NCBI GenBank assembly: GCA_016748015.1
Contig: JAAOMT010000289.1
Location: 569,639-633,638, forward strand
DNA length: 64,000 nt
Direction: 5' to 3'
Source of the DNA: Geosiphon pyriformis uo1
Taxonomy: Eukaryota; Fungi; Glomeromycota
The first letter of the stretch is position 1, and the number at the start of each line of letters is the position of its first letter. This document shows, in pieces, positions 52,692 through 63,319 of the stretch. A program made the position numbers and the translations under genes. The notes beneath the pieces were generated by a model. The model worked only from the letters and a program-made list of their open reading frames with translations, searched no databases and was not told the origin of the DNA.

Positions 52692-55600
52692 AAAAGAGGG
52701 AATAATGTTACTTATAGAATATAAGAAATATTAGCATATAAATTAGCCAATCAGAAGTAGTTATAGTAAATGTGGAATTCCAGGATTCCAAGAATTTCAG
52801 GATTTTCATATGAGGAATTGCAAGATTTCAGAATTCCAGGATTCTTTTCAAAAGAATTGCAGGATTCCAGAAATTCCAAGATTTTTAGTACAAAGAATCA
52901 AGGAATTGAGGAATTTTAATTATGTATATATAGCAGCAGCATTAGAAGTAGAAAAAACAGACTTTTCAGTTTAGATTTAATCTAAACAACCTTCCATATC
53001 AATAAATAATTAGTATTTAATATCTCCAATTTCCTCTTCACTATCAATGTTTCATGTTGATAGTTATTGACACTTAATCACACTAAAACAATAGCTCTTG
53101 ATCACAGCTATTGATGGAATACTAACTTGCATATTGCCTTGGCTCATTTCTTTATTTTCTTTTATTTTTATTTTTTTTGATTTTATTGTTGTATACTAAT
53201 TAATTAAGAATTAAAGTGCTGAGATACAGACATCATAGGGACTGGTAAAAAACCCATGAAACAAGGATAGAACATTTATAGATTTGAGAATAGCTTACCA
53301 GAAGGATTACCGGCCACTACACTAAGAAAGAAATTTGATGAAACTGCGGTTTTGGGAAGCTACGGATAAAACCATTAATTAAAATTTCTGTCTATTATAC
53401 AAAAGACTCTACAATAAAACCTTCAGATATCAACACCAGAAATACCAATCAAGCACCAAATTACAGATTTGTTATTTGACTTAAGACCCCAAATAATCAT
53501 CTGTAACAGCATTAATTATTTCTCTTTTGATGTTAATTCTCTTTTTCACTAAACTGTTTTTGAATGCTAGTTGAACCATTGTTGTTGCTAGAATTTTCAG
53601 TGCTATTTTTAGATCAATACAAGTGTGCAAATGTGGTTCCAATTTGATGGCATCCTTTTTTGGATATCTCAGATCAAACCCTATATTAGTATTATACACA
53701 CATTTTGGCATAATATCTTTGTTATTATTGCTGAATCATTTTAGTTCCTGCTCCTTGGTAAAATCAAAGAGTACAATATATGTTTTGGAGTTTGAATCAG
53801 AGTCTGAATCATTGTTATTTTCATTGCCATATTGAGTGGAACTGGAACTGTTATTTTTATTGTCTTCATTGTCGGAGTTTGAATTGGAATTGAAAGTTGA
53901 TTCTAATTCTAATACACAACTGCTAATTGGTTTTTCTTCCTTAGGGATTATGTAGATCATGTGAATTGGTGGATTGTAAATGAGATTACATTCATTACAA
54001 TATTGAAAGTCACAGAAAATTAGGCAATGTTGACATAGTTGAGTATTCAATTGCTCTAAATACTGCTTTTTTTCTTTTCTAGTGGGTGCTAATCACTGGT
54101 AGTATTTGTAAAATTTTTCTGAATCATCCTCAATGTTGCCAAAAACATCAAAAGTTTGGACATATTTGGGTTCAGGAAGAGATAGAAGGTTGTTTTTGAT
54201 TTTCAGTAATTCACTGGTTGTTATGCCTTCTGCTTTTACACTTGCCATTCTCCAGATTTCATGTTTGTTGTGGAGATATCCTTCCAATCGTCACAATGCT
54301 TATTTTCAAGCATTGTCAATTGGTATTCTTTTGTGTACCCAGTCATTGATTAGAATCATATACTAACATGTTTCATCATATGTTCCTCTATGCTCAGGAA
54401 TGTTATTCCACATTCCTTCATTGAACAAAATAGTTCCATATATAAGACATGGTTTGTTGTCCTATTTTCTCTGTTATTTTGGTTATCCAAAACGTTCTAT
54501 GACATATGAGCAACAGTAAAATTTTGTTATAGTGAAGTGTTCTTTGTTGTTACCACAGTATGCACTTATTGATGACAATTTCTTGTCACAATTAACACAT
54601 ATGAGCTTTGGTTGGCAATAGATAGATCATTGTGGTATAGTATAGGTATAAGAGTTATAAGTGATGGTGTTAGTAGGTGTTGTTTTTTCTTCTTTCTTTT
54701 TTCTTTTTCTCTTATTGCTTTCTCTTTTCTCCCAAGTTATTAGTTCTTTCTGGTCATTGTCAGTTCTCCAAGCTTGGTCAGAATTCCAAATAAGATCTTC
54801 TTTTTGCTTTTCTTTCTTATTGTTGTTCCAAGAGAGTATTAGTAATAGTTTATTGTGATTTTTGTTGGCCCAGAAAACTTGATATGCTTTCCAGATAGGT
54901 TTTTTTTCTTCTTCTTCAAACTTGATAAGTGGTGCTAATGGTGTGGTGATAGGCTTGAAATAGTCACACGTGGCTGGCACATGTGTGTGTTGATTGTTCT
55001 AGCTAAGCTGGAGTTCTTGGGTGTTCCAATTAAGTATTACATTGATTTTGAACAGCCAGTTGTTATCAACAAGTGCTTGGTATTGCATGGCTTCCATAAC
55101 CAGTATCTTGATTAGTACAATGATACCATTAACTTCTATGAATAAGTCATCTATTTTACCAATTGGAGTCTTGATAGCTCTATCAGCTGTAATTATTCTT
55201 GCACTGGCAGCTCAATCAACTTGGCAACCTAATTGGTCTATGAGTTGTTTTATGATAATGCTGCCAACTGATCCACTATCTAGGATTAGTTTGATGAAAT
55301 GACCATCAATTTTGGCATTAATATATATCACTGTAATGGGTTTTTCCTTGAGTGCAACTCTACTGAACAAAGAGGTTTCTAACAGTTCTTCAATTTCAAA
55401 GGAAAATATAGCTAACTTGTCTTCTATAATGGTGGCTGGTAGTATGTTGCTGGTAAGTAATTTCTGGTTTGTTTCCAAGTTGTTGGATAAGGTGTCTTTT
55501 GGGGTAATCAGGAGACTTAAATAGTTCTGAGAACTCAAGTTTTGAGTATATCTGGTTCTTAAACTCCACTAGCATGATCCTGACAGCTGGTTAGATGAAC

Positions 55601-58600
55601 TAGAAATTAGTTAGTAGACAACCATTACTGATTTCCAGTTTTGGGTGACTTTTAATCTGGGATTTTCTGAGTTTAATGGCAGTGTTGGAATTAGTAATAG
55701 TTAATATATTATTTAAGGCTGTGGCTGATAGATAGGTTGGGACTGCAGTTAATAAACTACAGGTGCTGAAGACTGATAAATTGGTGGTTGATAAATTTGT
55801 TATTGTGTTATAGGTAGGTAATTCAGTTGATATAGTTCTAAGTTTGGTTGGTAACTCAGAATTTGAAACCGGTGATCAGAGTTTTGATATTGATTTTTTG
55901 ATCATTGGTCACTTATTCTTTTTCCACAGTCAAATTGCAGATGTTCTTGTTTACCACAATAGTGACAAGCACATGTTTCCTGTTGTCACTGTTAATTGGT
56001 TGAGGATAATGCTAAATGTGGCTGATTTTAGAAGCAATTTCCATTTCTCTGATTGTTGCGTCATTATGGAGATTGATAAATGGCTTAATTAATGTTAGCT
56101 AAGTATCCCTCTAATTTCTGATTAATTAAGTCACTGAATTGTTTCAACTTGGAATCCAAGTCAGATGATTTGTTTATTATTAGATTTATAGTTTGGGTGT
56201 GGTTGGCTTTGAGCTCAGCTGTTTCAAAATCTCTTGCATTTGTAATAGTGGCTTGAAAATCTACTGAATGTATTGGATGTATGCATTGGAGGATGCTACT
56301 GCACAGGCCTTTAATAAATTGGTTTAGGATTTGTGGTGCTGTGAAATAATCAGCCTGTATGGCCTGAATTTGGTGCAGATTTCTGTGGAAACATTCCAAG
56401 TAAGTGGTTACTGCTTCATTTTCTCTTTGCTTGATGGTGGTAAAAATGTTGGCCAATCAGTTAATGCTATTATTATTACTGAAATATTGCAGAAATACAA
56501 GCTTGAATGTATTGAAATCTTGAGGTTTGTTAACCAAGCTTTGATACTACAAGTCGGTAGTATTCTGGAGAAAATATGGAATGGCTTGCATGGCTTTGGC
56601 ATTATTCCATCCATTGGCTGTGATGGCTTTTTCAATATTGTTTAGCCATATTTGGGCATCGTTTTTCTTGCCTGTGAATTTTTCAAGTTTTGCTATTGGG
56701 ATATAGACTATTGAATCCAAGTTTGGTTGTTGTAGTGGTTGAAAAAGTAATTGCTAAGATAGTAGTGATGGCTGTTGTTGCACAACAACTGGTAGTGAGT
56801 TAATAACAATTAATGAAGGTAAGTGTTGTTGATTATTAATGTTGGGGTTTAAATCATTCTGATTTTAAGGAGTTTGAAAATTTGAAGTTTTAATTTCCTG
56901 ATTTTCCAAAATCTGATTTTGCTGAGTTTGAATGTTCAGGGTTTTGATTTTTGGGTTTTCAACAATCGGGTTTTGGTAATTAAATTTCTGATTGTCATCT
57001 TTTTTTTCTGATTCTGTTATCTTCTAAGGATTCGCGATTCTGAAATCTGGTGAAAGTGGTAGTGATCAAAATTCTAATGGTATTGGAAATTGTGATTTAA
57101 ATTCTTTAAAGTAATTGCCATAAGTTTCTAGTAATTCTGCTTTTTTTTGTTTATTTTAAAATGGAAATTATTCAAATGTTGATGTCTTGTGGGATGTGAA
57201 CATGTCTGTTGATGAGATGTTGATAGTGCTTCTAGGAGTATAGTGGTATAATAGATTGGTTGGTGATTCTACTCTTGTTTTCTTTCAAGTAGGTGGTTGT
57301 ATTCTTTGTGGTGTTACTGCTGGTGTTTGGAGTTTTTCTTTGCTTTTATTTGCATAAGTGATTGGGTATCTTTGTTGAGTGTAAATTTCGATTTCTTTAT
57401 TAATTTCAGTAAGAATTGTTGTGAAATTATAATTTGCTGGTAGACTGGTGTTTTGGATTAATTTATTGTAGAAATTTTTTCTTGCTGTATCAGTTTTTAC
57501 TGATACTCCTAGTAAATATGAGATTTTTTATTAATGTAGAAATTGAAAGCTAATTCTGCTAATAGGTAATTGTTGGTTAATCTTAAGTGTTAACAGTAGT
57601 ATTAGAATAAAGATTTGGTGAATCCTAAATGGTTTGTGCCTATTCTTTCTGATTCTGCCACTTTTGGATTTGTTGTTGGTACTGGTTCTCTGTAAGATTA
57701 TACCTCACAGGGAGCACCAAATATTATAGATGATTATTTAGGATTTCGAGTCAAATAACAAATCTGTAACTTGGTGCTTAATTGTTAGAATAGTTGGTAT
57801 TTTCTAAAGATTTTCATGATTTGAAGATTTTGGGTTGGAGTTTTTTGTATAATGGACAGAGATTCAATAGTTGTCTTTTTAGTAGCCTCCCAAAATTGCA
57901 ATTCTATCAAATTTTTTTCTCAGCATAGTAGTCAGTAATCTTAACAGAAATGTCTTTCTGATAAGCTATCCTTAAATTCTCAATTCTTATACTCTTCTTT
58001 TGGGGTCTTTTACCAGGCTATCCTTGACATTAATAATTCAGTGCTTAGTCTTTAATCAATTAGTAAACACAAAAAATAAAAAAAATAAAATAAAGAAAAA
58101 TAAAGAGAAATAAAGAAATAAGCCAAGGCAGTTGTAAATTAGTACCCTGTTAATAGCCATAATCAAGAGCTATTGTTATAGTGTGATTAAATATCAATTA
58201 CTATCAACATAAAGTATTGATAGTGAAGAGTAGATTTAAGATATTGAATATTTATTTATTTATATTTGTGATGTGAAAAATTGTTTAGATTAAATCTAAA
58301 CTGAGAGGTCTGTCTTTTTTTCTTCTAATGCTACTGCTATATATACATAATTGATGTTCTATGAGATCACTCACATTTTCAAGCAATGTGCTATGATTTT
58401 TTGAGCAATGCTCACATTGCTGAGCAATGTGCCATGATTTCTTGAGCAATGTGCCCTAATTTTCTAATATTGCTCTACATTGCTGAGCAATATGCTCATG
58501 TGCTAACTACTACTTTCTTATTAGTCTACTATTTTCTATATCTGTTTTTTTTTTATGAGTAACACTGCCAAAACTAATTATATAAAAGAAACAGAAAAGA

Positions 58601-60426
58601 TCCTGACCACTTCCAAAGAGTTATTAAATTTGAAAAAAAAGAAATTGTAATATACAACATGTATACTGACCCATTAGCTAAACACTTTGGAAAAACAAAA
58701 ACAATTCAGAAAACCTTAGCTTGCTATTATTGGCCTACCTTGGGAAAGGACATTGCTGAATACATCAAAACCTGTGACATTTGCCAAAGAAAAGACAAAC
58801 CCAATCACAAAGAAGATATTCATTCAATCTCTGTTGGTTAATCATTTGACAGAATTGGTATAGATGTTGTTGAACCTTTAACAATAACTCCTAATGACAA
58901 CAGATATATTATCACAGCTACTAACTATCTTATCAAGTGAATAGAAACAAGAGCCACTTCAGACTAAACAGTAGTCTCAATAGTTAATTTCATTTATGAA
59001 GATATTATTTGTTATTATAACTGCCCCAAAGAACTTTTATCTGATAGAAGAAAAGCTTTTCTCAGTACACTGGTTGAAAAACTTTGCAAAAAAATGGAAA
59101 TATATCATAAACTTTCTTCCTCTTACCACCCCCAAACAAATGGTCTAGTGAAATATTTCAATAGAACACTATGTGAAACCCTAGCCAAAACCAGTAAAAA
59201 AACAAACTTATAAGATAAAATACTGTCTTCAACTTTGTTTGCTTATAGAACTGTAAATTATAACATAACAAGTTATAAATCTTTTTATTTGCTCTATAAA
59301 TGCATGACAACACTACCAATAGAAACTGACATTAAGACAATACCCTTTGAAAAAATCACAATAAAAAATTACAAAAACATTTTGCAAAAAAGACTTGATA
59401 CCATTCTTGACTCTTTGGTAGAAACACAAATAATTGCTTTTGAAAAGATAAAACAGTTCCAAGAAAAGCTTAAGAAAAAAAACCTATAAAACACTTTCTT
59501 TAAGTATTGGTAACTTGGTATTGAAATACCATTCAAACAGAGACAATATTTATGGTAATAAATTTTTTAGTTAATGGAAAAAACTCTTTATAGTCAACAA
59601 AGTTTTGAACAATGGTTCTTATATTCTTCAAGATTAATCCAGAACAATCTTCAATAATTGTTCTGTTTGTGATACATGACTCAAAAAATATCATAAATAA
59701 CCTAATTGGTTGCTTATTGTGATAATACCGACTCAAATAATTAGCAAAAATTAAGTATAAATAAATGTACCATTTCCAAAACAAAGGTATCTTCAATCAA
59801 CATAAACAATTATTTTTTGGATCAAAACATTCAAAATGCTTTCTATACTTTCCATGAGTATTAGATCAAAAACTATTCAAATGTTACTCTGATTATTGGA
59901 AAACAAACCATCATAACTGATAACAGTGGAACATATACTGTTATTAGACCAAAGAAAACTACTATTAAAAAAGAAAAAATTGGTAGCAAAATGAATAAAT
60001 ATCTATTGAAAAGTATAACAGCAGCTATACTCTCACCTTTTAGCACAATTGAAAAAACACTCCAAGAAATCTTACCTATAGACAAAAACTTGTCATATAG
60101 AAAGCAATTAGAACTTTATGGTTGCCTTGAAGAAATTATAGAGGATATAAAACTCATGAAAAAAACAACTTCAAAAATACAGACAGAAATTTTGGGCATT
60201 ATATAATTAATGTTCCCAGAATTTTAACTATTGCTAAAAAAGCCAAAACTCTAATACAAAAATTTGGTCTCTTAAATACAAAACTTATTTCACCTCAAGT
60301 ATTTTATATCTTATTTACAAAAAACTTCAACAAACTAATTAGCTTTGAGTTAAATAAAACTCTTCAAATAAATTACACCATAAATAACTTGATTTCACCA
60401 GAGCTCAATCTCTTTAAAAAGAATGA

Positions 60427-61178
60427 TGTTACAGTTGAAACTTATACTTCTTATTAATTATCACATGTATTAGTCACTAATGTCATATAAATTAACCACT
60501 CTATTTTTAGAAAGTGATCATTGATCTGATCAATGATCTGACCGTTGACCTGATCATTAATCTGATCAATAATCTGATCATTGACTTGATTATTGACCTG
60601 ATCATTGACCTAGTCATTGACCTGATCATTGACCACTTTTGATAACTATATAAGCAATGAATCTCTTAGCTGTAGAAAAGCATGTAAGAATCGGATGTAA
60701 GAATCAAAGAAAGAAAAGAAATAAAATAACAACTTTCATCTCAATCATTCTCTTATTGCTAATTTTCCTTTCCTTACCTTCAAGTATCTGAACATCTTGG
60801 AATAAAAGATTACTTGTTGGTTATTCCTTACTCTTTTCCTGAAATGTGTAATTGTAGCATTTGAAGATTATTGAATAAAACGTAACTGAAGAATACATCT
60901 AATACCTGATATTAAATTCTAAAAGCGCTGATGTAAAGCATAAAATTATACTGGGCATGATCATTTGTTGACAGTATGGACTATCCCTCTACCTTTAGAT
61001 TTCCTGGTTATCTTTTAAAAAGTACAGCGACTGAGATATTTTATGAGACTGATCTCACACATTGAATCTATACTTATTCAATTCGCTCTTTGAAGTTGAA
61101 ATCCCTTTGATTATTTCCATCACCCTACAATCCTGTTCTTTCTTGCTATCCGTTAGCTTGTTACTCCAACCCATAACA
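60427..61178 (+). repeat. Family B 3' LTR (752 bp, 10 x 12-bp units)
   Basis: Direct repeat of 33440-34155. The 36-bp length difference equals three extra 12-mers. Preceded by a purine-rich PPT. Confidence 0.95.
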
Positions 61179-61301
61179 ATACTAATCGGTTGCTTATTAA
61201 AATCATAATAATAAATACTCCTTTCTTCCCATGAATTTTATATGTGCAATTTTCCTTTTTTCCGAATTAATGCAAGCATTATTACTATCACCTCCACTAC
61301 C

Positions 61302-61600
61302 AAAAAAGATCACCTCTACTTCTGTATCTCTGGCACCAACCAAAAAGAGGCTTCTTTCTTAATTTCTAATCTAAAAATTTCTCCGCAATGTTGGTTTAGG
61401 TGTCAATGTTAAACAATCGGGACTTAAGGTCTATTGGAGTTGACAAGTCGCGGAGTGGTCTCAGAAGTTGTGATTACCTCTCTATCGCTTTGCCTTTGAT
61501 CTCCAATACATTTTCCTCTCTTCGACAATAAAACCTCCAAAGAGTGATACCTTTCCTAGGGTATTCTTGCCATTAACAAGGACGGTGAGCAGCTAGATGC
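61302..61600 (+). pseudogene. tnpA: IS607-family serine recombinase (TnpA) remnant
   Basis: Manual multi-frame translation: KKDHLYFCISGTNQKE (YARVSS..QK motif), NVGLGVNVKQSGLK (DxGSGxNxKRxGL), LLELTSRGVVSEVVIT, RFAFDLQYIF and DNKTSKE*YLS*GILAI. Confidence 0.82.
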
Positions 61601-61680
61601 AGAAGTGAGCACCAGAATAAGCAAAAAGTACAAGACGAAAACCATAACAACGGCAGCATGCTAGAGAAACTCTAAATGCC

Positions 61681-62845
61681 ATGTTGCTCATCAAGGTGTA
61701 TCCCAACCACACTTAGAAACGATGAATGGGCTTGGGGAGATTTGCCTTTAATACTGTAGTGGGGCAATAAAAGATGTTTTGTTGTGTTAGAGAAGCAAAA
61801 TAGCATTACGGAAAAGAAATGGCTGAAGCCTATAATGTTTTGGTTATCTGGGTGAACAAAAGTTTATAGAGCTGTCTTTCGTCTCATAAGTTCAGCTCTG
61901 TGATGAAGCTATTGATCAGGCACTAACAGCATGAAGCGAAATTATTAGATGTATACACAATGACAACAGTATAAGTCATTGCATCACACTATTCCGATTC
62001 GTGCTTAGAATTTTTTATCATTATTGTGAAATCATTTTATGTTTCATCTTCACACTTCGCTAATACATGCCTATGCACATCAACACAAGCTAAAGATTGT
62101 AAAATGTCAAGACTACATTTTTATCTTAAAATTTTTTATAAGGATAAACGCATGCTATGACCTTTCCACTTCGAAATTAAGCGCAGAAACAATGAGTGGC
62201 TCTATTCACACAAGTTTACACCTGATGGCAAACTTATATAGTTTCGACAAAACAACGAATGGACGTTTTCCTAGGTCTATGAGGTGCAAAGACAAGTCCG
62301 TGAAACCCAAGTGGAAAGCTCCATCCATGTGATCCCGGCATTTCCATACCCTTCATTTGGTATTCCCTCTCTGAAGGTGTGGTAGAATAAGCTCCGGTGA
62401 CATATGGGGTGCCTTATTTCCAAAAACATCAAATAGGCTGTCTACTTTAAAGCATAAGAAATGCAGTGCCCAGTGACTCGACAGACCAGTCTCACACATA
62501 CGACAGAGGATAAAGCGCCTGCGATTGTGTTCTTCACTCGCGAATCTGAAGTAATTCTTATTCCGCCTTTTGAGATATTAAACATAACAAATCGTAATAC
62601 GAGGAAATTACTGGAAAGATTTTTGGAAAGTGCTCTGCTAGGTGGATTACCATTTCTGTCGACACCTGATCGCCAAGAAGTTGGGAGTTCGTGTTGCCGT
62701 CCAAAATGAGGCCTATACATCTAAGGCTTGTAGCTGGTGTGGTAAAATAAAAAGTGTCGGAGAGTTGAAGTGTACGACTGCCGGAATTGCGGGGCTTTAA
62801 TGGTTTGGTGCTCTGGGGATCCTCTTCCGCGCATTTCTTCATAAG
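61681..62845 (+). pseudogene. Fanzor2 / IS607 TnpB-like RNA-guided endonuclease remnant
   Basis: IKVYPN..MGLGRFAFN, EAIDQALTA, DGKLI*..NEWTF, RETQ..CDPGI.IPFIWYS (RuvC-I Asp at 62331), FFTRESEVILIPPFE, QNEAYTSKACSWCG..VYDCRNCG (catalytic Glu plus zinc finger) and GALGILFRAFL. The RuvC-III DRD is deleted. Confidence 0.9.
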
Positions 62846-62947
62846 TCTGGATCCTCTACTAAAAGTTATGCAGAAAATAATAGTCTTTACTTAGCAATAC
62901 TTAATACTACTTATTGTTGATGTGTGATATTTCGTCCAATTATATGG
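62820..62947 (+). ncRNA. Putative degenerate omegaRNA scaffold / transposon right end
   Basis: Positional inference: it lies directly 3' of the nuclease ORF. One visible stem, TTAGCAATA (62891-62899) / TATTGTTGA (62912-62920). Confidence 0.4.
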
Positions 62948-63319
62948 TATATAAAATCATGATTGTAGTGTTATATATGAATGCAATGATTGAACAATGA
63001 TGGGGTTTTTGATTTTTAAAACAAAACACATAATCAAAAATAAATTAATAAATTTAGTTTTATAATCGAATATTTTTATTATTATCAATTATAAGGGTAG
63101 ACTTATCACGTGTTATAAGGTTGCACTGATCAACACTGGTGTTTGTGGTGGACCTCGAGCTAGAAAAATATAATGCATCCTGGAAGGCTATAAGCCACAG
63201 CTTCTGAAACCTTGGAAACCAAGAGCAAAAGGACTATTAAATTGCCAAAGTTTCGTGATTAAGGCCACTGAAAAACTTGTATGAATAACTGCGCTAAACA
63301 CAACTAACAAGCGGACGAT

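Larger units (their letters stand above)
43574..53508 (+). mobile_element. Ty3/Gypsy family A, copy A3: full length (9.9 kb), innermost and youngest of the nest
   Basis: LTRs at 43574-44368 and 52706-53508, TSD GCAT, PBS 44371, PPT AAAAAGAGGGAATAA. Order is gag, CCHC, protease, Cys-rich region, dUTPase, RT, RNase H, integrase, extra 3' ORF. Many stops. Confidence 0.96.
38617..58564 (-). mobile_element. Ty3/Gypsy family A, copy A2, inserted in the family B integrase and itself split by A3
   Basis: LTRs at 57722-58564 (5') and 38617-39426 (3'), PBS TGGTGCTCCCTGTGAGG. Gag, protease LILDSGSVGS, dUTPase split at 53509/43573, RT, RNase H and integrase. Flanks TCAC/CTGC read as a mutated TSD. Confidence 0.93.
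33440..61178 (+). mobile_element. Ty3/Gypsy family B, outermost element of the nest
   Basis: LTRs at 33440-34155 and 60427-61178, TSD ATAC, PBS TGGTGCTCTTTGTAAGG. Gag (IEWLNDFEKAATANQY), CYHCG knuckle, protease (LILNS), RT (LVYLDNI) and RNase H. Integrase is split at 38617/58564. Confidence 0.95.
61189..62947 (+). mobile_element. Decayed IS607-like DNA transposon (serine recombinase TnpA plus Fanzor2/TnpB nuclease); ends approximate
   Basis: Two consecutive same-strand pseudogenes with IS607 TnpA and TnpB/Fanzor motifs in the correct order. No TIR or TSD. Candidate GG crossover dinucleotides at 61188-61189 and 62946-62947. Confidence 0.85.

Noticed and set aside
21606-60400. In-frame TAA/TAG/TGA at Gln/Trp positions suggesting stop-codon reassignment
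   Set aside because: Host genes use the standard code, and the stops differ between copies and are explained by C>T/G>A transitions.
62039-62842. ORF-track peptides at 62039-62332, 62442-62720 and 62558-62842 as independent genes
   Set aside because: They are off-frame or antisense pieces of the Fanzor pseudogene.
61198-62960. TAAAATCAT at 61198 and 62952 as a target-site duplication
   Set aside because: It is a short AT-rich match that could occur by chance, and IS607 elements do not normally make TSDs. It cannot be settled without sister copies.
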